Below, in pieces: positions 39,375 through 51,613 of a stretch of 64,000 nucleotides of DNA. This stretch comes from Octopus vulgaris (taxonomy: Eukaryota). Made by a program: the position numbers and the translations under genes. Where the stretch lies: assembly GCA_951406725.2 (NCBI GenBank), contig OX597831.1:7812001-7876000 (forward strand). The letters are read 5' to 3'. The notes beneath the pieces were generated by a model that worked only from the letters and a program-made list of their open reading frames with translations, was not told the DNA's origin and did not search any database. How positions within the stretch are numbered: the stretch's first letter is position 1; each line of letters starts with the position of its first letter.

Positions 39375-42338
39375 AATAAGGATAAAGACAAGTTTATTTT
39401 ATAGATCCTGTGTGCGTTTCCCCCACTGTTGCTGTTTGGAGCTCTGTGATAGAAGTGCTTCAAATGCATTTAGATGCTCAGCCACAAGGGATCATCAAGA
39501 AACACTTTATTGTATTAAATTAGAGATAACTATGAGCTTCCACACAGTTTCCATTCTAACAAATTGACTGAGAAGCCATTGGTCAGCCCTGGGGCTCTAG
39601 TAGAAGACACTTGCCCATGGTGCCATCTAGTGGGACTGAACTCCCAACCACACAGTCGTATAGCAAGCTTCTTAACCACACAGCCATGAATGCACCTATA
39701 TAGAAGTTTTCCTGACACTTTTCGCATTTCTTTGCTGTTTGAAGGAGATTTTGGAATGGAAGAACAATAATTCTGTTCTGTCAAATTTCAAACTTCTTTT
39801 TTGTTTTACCAAATTCCTTGTTTAATCTTGAGTGGATCAGACACTTTGCAGTTAACCAAGAGGTTGACAGTTCAAACTCTGTCACTGGTATTGCATCGTG
39901 TAGATTGCTGGAACAATTTGCTTGTAAATGGAATAATCTGCCTTATTGAAAATAGACACTACCACAGGTCCTACCCTGTCCATTACTTCAAGGGGTGGCT
40001 GCATTAGAAAATGGGTCAATCTTGTCCATTACTTCAAGGGGTGGATGCATTAGAAAATGATAATGCTACTTGTTAATATTGATTTTGTTTAGCCCAGTGT
40101 CAGCCCTGATCCAGCAGACATGTGAACAGAGGTGTTCCAGTGAGGACCACACCACATTTTTTTTAGGGTCAGCTAGGAATATATTATATAATCTAACTTG
40201 CCTATTTTGAAATGCATCTTTGTTTAATTTGAGAGAGATTTGATTGCTATCTCTAACAAGTTGAGTGTATCTACAGAGGCTTGCTAGTCATCTCAGAGAG
40301 GTTGTTAGCTTCTGTTGATGAGTTTAAATCCTCTTTGGAGTAAAACTTGGTTGGAGAGGAATGGGAATTGTAAAGTAATTTAGCCCTTATTTGCTACAGG
40401 AAGACAAGGGCTTCAGTGATCTCCCTAAACTCCAAAGGGCTAAGAGGTTAAAGGTTGTGACACATCACAAAATTCACCGTTTATCACCCTCTTCCCTGTT
40501 GGCAATATAACATGAAGTTTAAATATGAATGTGTAGATCTTTGTTTAACAGTTTATACATGCTCCATGTTTTTTTTAGAACAAATGGTCAAAAACATGTT
40601 GGACATCAGTCTTAAAGTTGCTGGATTATTAACAAGAGGGTCACGATTTTAAATGTGACCGATGTAGACACTGCTTTGTGCTCTGGACAAATATCACCAT
40701 TGTTTTTATGTTCTCTGTTTCCTTGGATTGGTTGACTGAATTTGGGAGAGATTTGACTCCTTCTCCACTCTTCCTTTCACTATTGAAATGTTAACAGTTT
40801 GAAATGCAGAGCTGAAGTAACAGTTATTCCAGAATGACAGAAGTTTCCAAATTTACATAAACCTAACCCTAACCCTAACCATTCTTTCAATTCCAGTGTG
40901 GAAACATTAACATAAAACAATAAAAATTCTAACCATGCCAGGAAAGTAATTGGATTTGAAGTAGAGATAGTTTCTTTTTCCTTTTTTTCTTTTCACCGTT
41001 TTAAAGTTTTACTGGAATTCATAGAAACCCACTAATTAACCAACTTTGTTGTTTTTGGCTTAATATGAGAAACTCTTGTAGTTTTCATGAGATTTTTATT
41101 ATTGGGTTATGTCAGTTTTGAGTCTACTTACGGCACAAAGGTAGCTGATCAAATAAATTATTTGCTTATTCCTTCTAAAACATTCTTTCCAAAGACATGT
41201 GATGCTTGTTTAAGAATAGCTGGAAGTTTCTGAGATACATTTGGCTGCTGTGAATTCTAAGAGAGAGAGAGAGATGTTCACTGATACCAGACGTGTGTGC
41301 TTAGGAAGTGTGCGTTGCACTCATGTTGTTTTGAGTTCTGTCCCAGGGTCAAGCACTTTGGGTAAGTGGCTTCTATCATAGCCCTGAGCCAACAATTACC
41401 TTGTTAGCTAATTTGATTTATGGAAACTGTATGGAAGCCTATATATATATTTGTGTCTGTGTTTGTCCCCCACTTGACTACTGTTGTTGGTTTGTTTATG
41501 TTCCCATAACATAGCAATTAAGCAAGAGAGTCAGTTTGAATAAGTACTAGTAATTACTGGGGTTGATTTGTTTGACTAAAACCCTTCAAAGCAGTGCCCC
41601 AGCCTGGCCATGATTCAATGACTGAAACAAGTAAAAGGTAAAAAGATTAGCTGTTCTTCACTCCAAGACCCAATCAATAATGGTGTAGTTATGGATTATT
41701 TTAAACCAAAGATCAATAAATGATTTGATCAAACAACTCAGATGTGATTCAGCCAATATTAAATCAAACTGCATCTAAACTTCACTCACCGTTTCCATAA
41801 ATTCTGTAAAAGATGTTAACTTAATCTTTAGGTACATGGGGGTTTTTTGGGGGGGAGTATTGTTAGAGTTTGTAAGGGAATTTCCAGGAGAAATTAAGAA
41901 GATTAATAAGCAGATAATCATCCAACGAACATTTGTGTGTTAATCTCACACATCTCTAAATCTTTATCATGTTGGACTTTAAACTGATTGAATCGCTGCT
42001 GTTTATTACTGGTATTTTACTTCATCAACTCGAAATGGAATGTACCACCAATCTACTCATCAAACAGTGTTATAAGCAATTAAAAATTAGTCTATTCGTT
42101 ATCTTATATTTTATTATATAATATCTGAAATCACTTGAAACACATAGGTAGCACTCTATTGTTAAAAATTATACAAAAATTCATGAATTCCTTTCAGATG
42201 ATGATTTGCTTCTGTAAGAACAGATTCTTAAATGGCAGACAAACTTATAAACATTCCTCAGTGGAGAATAATATTTCAAAATTTCTTATACTGAAGTAAA
42301 TGATGTTGTAAGAAAACAACATATAGGGGAAAAGGGGG

Positions 42339-42560
42339 CTTGGCCAGACTCTTCAAGACTCGGCCAGACTCTTCAAGACTTGGCCAGACTCTTCAAAACT
42401 CGGCCAGACTCTTCAAGACTTGGCCAGACTCTTCAAGACTTGGCCAGACTCTTCAAGACTTGGCCAGACTCTTCAAGACTTGGCCAGACTCTTCAAGACT
42501 TGGCCAGACTCTTCAAGACTTGGCCAAACTCTTCAAGGCTTGGCCAGACTCTTCAAGTCT
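42339..42560. repeat. Minisatellite: 11 x 20-bp unit tggccagactcttcaagact
   Basis: Direct tandem copies with a few substitutions and no spacers. Confidence 0.97.
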
Positions 42561-43083
42561 TCACTTCTTTGTGGATTTGTTTCTGGTTTTACTTCATTAT
42601 TCGACATCCTTTTTTTTTTTCCATGCTGGCATGGGTTGGATAGTTTGGTAGGAACTGACATGCAAGGGAGCTGCAGTGTCTGCTTTGGCATGGGTTCTGC
42701 TACTGGATGCCATTCCTAATGCCAACCATTTTAGAGAGTGGACCAGATGCTTTTTTTCTCATCGTACCAGCACCAGTGAGGTCACCAAATACTTTCAAGA
42801 CAAGACTCTTTCAACTGAATGGAGTCTCGTATTAAAGGATGATAGAGAAAGAAGAACGAGTGTCTTGCTGAAGAGATGTCTAAATGGTTTCACCTGCTGA
42901 AAAGAGAGAGTTTGGAGGGGGAAAGGGATGGAGAGATGGTGAGAGCATACCATCAAGGTACCAGGTGAATATAAGAGAGATAAATTGCCATGATCTGCCG
43001 AGAGTCTACTGGTAGGAAACTTAACGAATCGAATTTTTTATGCTTCATCATTTTTTGCTAAATATAATTTTTAACATTTATAG

Positions 43084-43267
43084 GTTTCTGGAGAACAAGC
43101 CATCCGTGAAGCAGAAGAGGAAGAAGAGAAGAGAAAGATGCAGGAGAAAGAAAAAGAACGAATGCATGCTGAGAAACTTCAAAAGATGAAAGAGAAAAGA
43201 GGTAAGAAGACGGCGGTTGCTCGAGGGAAAAAGGAAACAGAAGACATGACTCCACCTCCAACTTTTG
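43084..43267 (+). CDS. SPEF2: SPEF2 exon P (VSGEQAIREAEEEEEKRKMQEKEKER...KKETEDMTPPPTF), phase 0->1
   Basis: atttatag| acceptor, G|gtaagt donor. Charged, coiled-coil-like segment in frame. Confidence 0.9.
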
Positions 43268-43555
43268 GTAAGTTTCTTCTAGTCATGCTGTCCAATACTG
43301 ACACCCTAAACCTAACCCCACCCCGCTGCATCAATGATACAAGCTTTTTGTTTTAAAGTGATCCTAAAGCAAAGCCTTCCATCAAAATGTGGTCTTCATC
43401 CATGTTCCAAACATCAACTTGACATTTTACTAAATTCTTCATTTTCAAAATCGGCTGAAACACCTTCAGTGTGTTTCGATAGAAATTTAGTAACAAAATG
43501 GTGGGTTGGTTTCCCATGAACTATTATCTTTATAATATATTTAAAAGGATATTAT

Positions 43556-44129
43556 AAACTAGCTTTTCCACCCAATTTCATTTGGGTCTATTCTCAAACC
43601 GCCACAAACTGTAAACTTGATTATTTTTGTACTTATTGGTGGAATTTTTGAATGACTCAAAATCCCAAAAATATTTCTCATCCAATCTTACAGGGTCGTA
43701 TAATTTTTATACAAAACAAATCAAAGATACAAGCAGCAAAAAATGAAATGATAAATGACTAACAATGTAACTGTTTTTCACTTCATAAAATCTTTTCTGT
43801 TAAACAACAATTTCCATTAAAAATTGACGAACTGTTAAGCAGAAAGGCCCGTAGATTATGCAAATGTGCTTTTTATTAAAATCGCTCACAAAATATGACC
43901 TCCATAGCTTGCGGAATTGATTGAAAATGGGTTTTGTTGCCCTAGTAACCACAGCTTTTGAGATGGAAATTTCTAACCTAGTCCATTCGCTTCCTTGCCT
44001 CATTTTACATGTCCCTGTAAATATTCGGTGCAATCCGAGCATGCCTACTGCCATTGAACCCTGCATAACCACTAAATGAGACACACAAACACACAACTTT
44101 CAGCCATTTCACTTTTATATTTAGAGATT
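43556..44129 (+). mobile_element. Putative non-autonomous Helitron/Helentron (HINE/DINE-like) relic
   Basis: Starts aaactagc...accc...tttgggt and ends (ca)n...cacttttatatttagagat, termini resembling this class as I recall it. Confidence 0.45.
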
Positions 44130-46059
44130 ATGCCAGCACCACCACCTTGACTGGCTTCTGTGCCGGTGACACGTAAAAAGCACCAACCAATCGTGGCCGT
44201 TGCCAGCCTCCCCTGGCACCTGTGCCGGTTACCTGTAAAAAGCACCAACCGATTGTGGTCGTTTGCCAGCCTCCCATGGCACCTGTGCCGGTGGCATGTA
44301 AAAAGCACCAACCGATCGTGGCCGTTTGCCAGCCTCCCCTGGCTTCTGTGCCAGTGGCACGTAAAAAGCACCCACTACACTCATGGAGTGGTTGGCATTA
44401 GGAAGGGCATCCAGCTGTAGAAACACTGCCAGATCAGACTGGAGCCTGGTGCAGCCTCCTGGCTTCCCAGACCCCAGTCGAACTGTCCAACCCATGCTAG
44501 CATGGAAAACGGACGTTAAACGATGATGATATACATTCGCAACAGAGACGCTATTAATACGGAGAGGCGGTGGGGTTGGTGGCGAGTAATCTCCCATTGG
44601 TGATATAAACAGACAAGTGCACATTCTGCCTGTACAAGAGTTTTCTCTTAGAGGGTTTCTACTAGAATAAAGTTTGTTCTAACAGAACGTCCGTGTTTAA
44701 GTGAGAATAAGTATTATAAGTTTAGTGTCTGTGCTTCTGTTGTTTTCAGGCTCTTAGAGACTGGTGCTGCTGATGTGGTGAATGTCTCTCTTGAAAATTT
44801 ATAGTGATGGTGATTTCTTCTTTTCCATCATCACTATCACCGTTGTTTGTTTGTTTGTTTGTGGTTGTTGTTGTTGTTGTTATCAATGCTTTCATTGTAT
44901 CTTTTATTTAATTGTTTAATTTGTAGAATCATCAATGTTAAGCTAAATAAACTTTTACTGGTTTTTAAGTCATTGGACTGTGGCCATGCTGGGGCACCGC
45001 CTTCGAGAGTTTTCCTTTGGATTATGTATGGATCCTGGTACTTTGTTTGGTATTTACTTTCTCAACCTTGAACTTGAGACTGGTTGAAAAGGACAAAACC
45101 TGCACTGGAGCAAACATAGCTACGCTCTCTTCTTTGACCCGTTGCTTTGACCCTCATATGATGTGGCACAAATATAGATTCACAGGCATTGCTGTGTGGT
45201 TAGGAAGTTTCCTACCCAACCACATGGTCTTGGGTTCAGTTCCATTGTGTGGCTCCTTGGGCAAGAGTCTTTTACTATGCTCCTGGTCAACCAAAGCCTT
45301 GTGAGTGGATTTGGTTGACAGAAATTGTCATGCATGTTTATGTGTACACACACATACACAAATACACACACACACACGCACACACATATGTATGTATGTG
45401 TGTATATTTGTATCTCATTATATGATAGCTGTAAATGAGTGCCACTGTTATACAAGCAGTGTTGTTTATTTCCAGAATTCTGTGAAAACATTTCTACGTT
45501 TGGGGCAATATTACATTCCTTGGAAACAGGTGAGGGTTAGCAACAGGAAGGGCATTCGACTTTAGGAAATCTGTCTCAGTAAACTCTGTTCAACCTCTGC
45601 AAACATGGAAAATTGAATTTTGAAACAGTGGCAGTGGTGGCTTCAGTGCAATTTCTGTTTCTTCACAAGACTTGTGTCAATCCAAAAAAACCATGCAGTG
45701 GAATTGAACTTGGAGCTCTGTGGTTGTCTAGCCAACCTCTTAATGACACAGCCACACGTTGATAGTTATTCCTGTCCAACTATAACCTTTCTTTTCAAAT
45801 AATTACAATTGCTGGACATAACACAACGTTCGTTAATAGTTGCATAATGAACATGTTTTGAATTGTATCTCGAGTCATTAACCGTTTCTATAATTAAGAT
45901 CCAGGCAAAGCAGATAATCATTAAATTGTTTCCTTATTAATCAGGAGCCCTTAAGCAGACAGAATTAAATACCAATGCATAGAGTTTAACACTTACAATG
46001 CGTTACTAAGAATTATTGGTACTCTATCCCTTTTAGGGACACAATAGCTACAAATCCAG

Positions 46060-46572
46060 GGAGTGGTTGTTGTTTAGCCTTCATTGAGCAGACAGACTTA
46101 TGAACAAAGGCTTTCCAACCATGACTGTCCATCTTTTTTTAGGAATACACAGGATTAGAGTCCACAACAGGATCCAGTCCTTGTTACAGCTTATATGCCT
46201 CAGTGTGACCCTGAGAGCTCTGTGCCAGTGAAGTGCAAGCTCTTGGTAGGGCCACCCATGCTGAAACAGATCAAAGGATAGGGGCCACACTAATATGGGA
46301 CACCTCTTCCCAGGTGTAAAAATGGATTAACTTAGGGCCAACACCCCTTACCTTGAAAAAAGCAAAGTTACAAAAGCATTGATGAAACATGAACCCACAA
46401 GAGAGACAGAAGAAGGGATGCCCTAAAAATAGCTGGAGAGGGGATACACGAGCAGAGCTGAAAAAGCAGGGAACCAAGTGGAGAGACACAGAGAAGACAT
46501 CCCAGAGTTAATAAGTGTGTTGAAAATTAGTTGATGGCCTATGTTCTGTAGGGAGCAAAGGGTTAAGTAAGT
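46060..46572 (+). mobile_element. Internally deleted RTE-derived element with a (TAAG)n tail (approximate)
   Basis: Degenerate NPQ..RQKKGCPKNSWRGDTRAELKK...W and DGLCS at the 3' end. Related minus-strand copies at ~2950-3240, 11125-11560, 51725-52140. Confidence 0.65.
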
Positions 46573-47101
46573 AGGATTGCAGTGTCTTAGTTCCTTATTG
46601 GCAATAGTGGGATATGATTTGAGAAAGACTTGGCTGTTATTTTTAGTAGATTAAAAGAGCACATAGAAGCTTCTTCATTGTTCTCACGCTCAGAAACCTG
46701 GTCTCCATGCCATGGATGTTGTACATTTGAAGTTCTGGTGTTAGGTCTCTATGAGATATCAGGAGTATTTATGGTATTACACACATTATATATATATATA
46801 TATCACCGTGATCACCATGACCGACCAGGCTATCAGATGTTGCTACACATCGCTGGTCACAGTGCGCTTTGCATTGTTTTTTAGCCTTCAAGTGACGCCA
46901 CCCTGCTGGCTAAGCGAGCAGGCCAACAGAAGAAAGTGTGAGAGAAAGTTGTAGTGAAAGAGTACAGCAGGGATTGGTACCACCCCCTGCCAGAGCCTCA
47001 TGGAGCTTTTTTATGGGTTTTCGCTCAATAAACACTCACAACGTCCGGTCTGGGAATCGAAACCGCGAGTCTGCTGCCATAATCACTGGGCCATTGCGCC
47101 T

Positions 47102-47135
<34 letters not shown>

Positions 47136-47156
47136 TACACACACACACACACACAT

Positions 47157-47189
<33 letters not shown>

Positions 47190-48649
47190 ATAATGTTGAT
47201 GATGGAGAAGAATTTGATTATCTATCAGGTTTGGAACTCTATCTATTCAGACGATGGCAAGTTCAAAATCAGGCAGAGTCAGTTTCTCTGACCTATATGG
47301 TTACATAGCTGTTGTGGAGGACACCCTGAGTGAGAGAAGTGGGCTGTTCCACCACAAATAAATAGTGGACAGACACAATAAGTGGAGTCCAGTTGGCAAG
47401 GTACGCCATTCGGGCCAGTCACGCAGGTGACAAAGTACATCATTATAACAATGCAGGACATAACCATAACTGTGCTTAACCCTTTAGTATTTAAACCGGC
47501 CAGATATTCTACATGTTTTATATTCAAACTGGCCAGATCCAGCCTCTCACACCTAACCTACATTGACATTCTAAAAACAAACATCATTGAAACCTCAAAG
47601 CTAGAAGATAATGCATGATTAATTCAAAACAATTTGAGTGATAAAGGATTACATTTAACAGAGTAATCTGAACACTAAAGGGTTAAAGTGTGTATCCTGA
47701 GATATAAAAACATGATCTTTTGGACACGGAGTTGTCATCATCATCATTTAAAGTTTACCTTCCATGCTGTCATGGGTTGGAGAGTTCCATAGGCGGCAGT
47801 GAATAGGAGGATTGAACCAAGTTGCAGTGTCTACTTTGGCTGGATGCCTTTCTTAATGCCAACCACTTCACAGAGTGTACAGGTTGTACTTTTTATATGG
47901 CACCAGCACAAATGAGGTCACCAAGTAACTCCACAAGACAGGACCCTCCCCACTTAACTATGTGGCATGTAAAATTGAAAGAGCTGGGATTATTCCCTGT
48001 GACGAAAAGTTAGAGTATGATAGAGGGATAAGGAGCAGGTGTGTTGCCTTAGGGGAGATACATGGCTACCCCAGATGGGAAAGAGAGTAAATGGTGGTGA
48101 AGAGGGTTTAGTGAAAGGAGAGTGAAAGAGAAATGACAGAGAATATTGGAATAGGTGAATGGGTTGGTAAGAATTCTGTAGAGTTCCGCCTGTTATTGAG
48201 GAGATAATGAATGCCTCTTGTAAGGTGTGAACTGGTAACCTAAAAACATCGGTTGTTGCATTCTTGAAAATTATAGAAATTATTGCAAATAACAAAATAT
48301 TTAAAATTTAATGAGGAAAGACAAAAGAAACTCAAAAGTAAATCTAATTAGGAAAAAAAAAATCACAGAACTTCTGAAAAATAGGGAAAAAAATAAAATG
48401 TATGGTAAGCGAAATTTATTTTATATATTTTATGTGTGTGTGTGTGTGTGTTAAGTACATAAGAAAATCTTATAAAAATCCAATCCCAGCAAGGCAGTGA
48501 ATATATTTGTTTTATCTCAGAACTATTGTTGGGAATAAGTACATTATGCAGATAACACACATAGGAATTTAGATAACTTTTCAGCACTTTTCATATTGAT
48601 TTTGATTTTTATAACAATATAACAAAAGGAAAAATCATTATTATCATCA

Positions 48650-48703
<54 letters not shown>

Positions 48704-49510
48704 GGCAACAAATTGTCAGAATTATGGGAATACTGGAACAAATTGCTTTGCTGTTTTTGTTTCAACTCTTTACATCTTGAGTTCAAATCCTGCTGAAGTC
48801 AACTGAGTCTTTCATCCTTTCTGGGACAATAAAATGAAGTACTAGCCATCTACTGGAGTTGATGAAATCGTCTAACCCCTCCCCTCAAAATTGTTGACTT
48901 TTGAGAAGCCATTCATCATCATCATCATCATCATCATTATCATCACCACCACCACCACCACCATCATCATCATTTAACATTTGTTTTCCATGTTGGCATG
49001 GGTTGGACAGTTTGACTGGAGCTGGCAATGATGGGGGCCATGTCAGGCTCCATTTGTCTGTTTTGGCATGGTTTCTACAGCTGGGTGCCCTTCCTAATGA
49101 CAACCACTTTACAGAGATGTGGACTGGGTGCTTTTCACACGAGACTGGCCTGAGTGCTTTGTACAGGGCACCAACATTGCTTATCATAATCAACACCCAA
49201 AGTAAAACATCCAACTTAATCTTGCTTAAGGTTTCCAGATGAGACAGATAACCGGGGCTCAGTGCAGCTCCTTGGCTGGTCAGCTCCTGTCAAAGAATCC
49301 AATCCATACCAGCATGGAGAACAGATGTTAAAGGATGAATGATATATTATAGGAGAAAGAGACCAGAATCTGAGAACTGAGATTCTCTTCAATTTCTGAC
49401 TACAATAGAAAGGGTTATTATTATTATTATTATTATTATTATTGTTGTTGTTATTGTTGTCGTCGTCGTCATCATCATCATCATTATCATCATCATCATC
49501 ATTATTATTA

Positions 49511-49577
<67 letters not shown>

Positions 49578-49712
49578 GGCAGCGAGCTGGCAGAATTGTT
49601 AGCAATTCTCAGATGGTGCTCTTGGCACCCTACTAGCATGGGCACAAGTGCCAGTAAGGCGACACTGGTAACGATCACACTCGAATGGTGCCCTTTTATA
49701 TGCCACTGGCAC

Positions 49713-49787
<75 letters not shown>

Positions 49788-51191
49788 CAAGCTGCCAGAA
49801 TTGTTAACATGCTAAACAAAGTGCAGAGCTCTATTTCTTCCTGCTCTTTATGTTCTGTGTTCAAATTCTGTCAAGTTTGACTTTGCCTGTCGTCTTCTCA
49901 GGTTCAGCAAAGTACCAGTCAAGCGCTGATGTAATTGACTAAGCCCCTCTCCCCAAATTCCAAACCTTGTGCCTGTAATGCAAAGGATCATTAACTTTTC
50001 CTGTTTGTACAAATCATGTCTCCTTGTTTCTGTGAGTTTCAAAAACAGTTATTGTATGTTTTTTTTTTTGTTTTTTTTACCCCATTTGGATATTTGCTAT
50101 ATTTTTGTTGTAGAAATTCCCATAAACACAAGAGAATGGTAATTTCCTTCTTTCGATTCCTGGGAAGGCCAAATTTATTTCAAAACTTGTGCTTAGAAAA
50201 TTAGTTTTAAAAAAATAATTTAAAAATCGACAAACGACATTTTGCAATGAAGAAAAGAGAATGGGGTGAGGGTGGTGGGGGAGAAGGTTCACCCTAGGGT
50301 GGCACTTCCTATCTTTGGTCCAAAATTCATAAAAAAAAGGAAATGCAACCACTGCTGGTATCATTAGCCCTGACCATATTAGCAGGAATAACTGAAACAA
50401 CAACAACAACAATTCTGCTATTGCTATTACTACTACTACTACCACCACCACCACCACCATACCTTTCTCCACCACCACCTACTCTACTGCTGCTGCCACC
50501 ACCATTACCATCTCCACCACCTGTCTAGTCACAATGTAACAGTATTGGCTATGGACAATATTGAAGTTAGCAGTGGCTGTAAAACACATCCAACACCACC
50601 GATTCTGTCACCATCATCATTGTATCTACTCTTTGCCAGCATGGTTTAGGTGCTGGCATGGCTGTGTGGATGAGAAGCTCACTTTACTACCATGTGGTTT
50701 TGGGTTCAGTCCCACTGCACGGCACCTTGAGCAAATATCTTCTGTTATAGCTGTGGGCCAAGCAATGCCTTATGAGTGAATTTGATTGATGAAAACTGTG
50801 TTGAAGCCCTTTGCATATGTGTGTATGACTTTGTGTTTGTCCCCCCACCACCATTTAACAACCAATGTTGGTTTGTTTATATCCTTGTAACTTAGTGTTT
50901 GAACAAAAGAGATTGATAGAATACATTCCAAGCATGAAAGACTAAGTACTGGGGTCAGTTTGTTTAGTTAAAACCTTTCAAGGCAGTGTTCCAGCATGGC
51001 CACAGTTGAATAACTGAAGCAAGGTAGAGATAGAAGCTTTTTTTGGTCGTTTCACTCGAGCAGGTAAAGAACCCTGAAGACCATCTGGGATGATGTCACT
51101 TTTTAGTCTTGATTCCAGGTGATTTGTGGCAATGGGGGTGAATTTCATATTAGAATCACTGACCAAGGGGCCATCCATTGTAAGGATTTCA

Positions 51192-51613
51192 GGATCTTTT
51201 CAGTTTGAACGGCAGTTTTTTCTAGCGGTGTCATATGAAATTGTCACCCATAATTATGACCCTAGTATCGATCTATTGCATTTCAATCTGTTTTAGGGTT
51301 AGGGTTAGTTAGGGGTAGGGTGGAAGGGTATCTTTTTTTCTTCACAAATGTAAATAAACCCAATCTGTTTCTTAAACGAGGGACATATTCATATGGCACA
51401 GAATGTTTTTTACCTCAATAGAAGTCAGTGATTGGTCGAAATTGCAGAAATTGAAGAAAAAGAACAACAAATATCTTACAAACTATAGAATTTTCTCAAT
51501 AAAGCCAAGAGAAAAAGATGTTTTATAAACACATTCTACCAGTATACGAAGTTTAAATTTTTTTAGTTACCTAGAAATTATGTTAAAAACTGCTGTTCAA
51601 ACCGAAAAGATCC
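51192..51613. mobile_element. MITE with 29-bp TIRs (GGATC...) and an 8-bp TSD (ggatttca); Merlin-like
   Basis: TIRs 51192-51220 and 51585-51613 differ at 2 positions. TSD at 51184-51191 and 51614-51621. The GG start and 8-bp TSD fit Merlin/IS1016; superfamily is inferred. Confidence 0.85.

Noticed and set aside
40861-40880. Telomere or chromosome-fusion site
   Set aside because: Only about 3 CCCTAA units, and similar short runs sit inside a MITE at ~51293.
42339-42719. CRISPR array or repeat protein (ORFs MARLFKTWPDSSRLGQTLQD...)
   Set aside because: No spacers. The ORFs are read-through of a stop-free 20-bp tandem unit.
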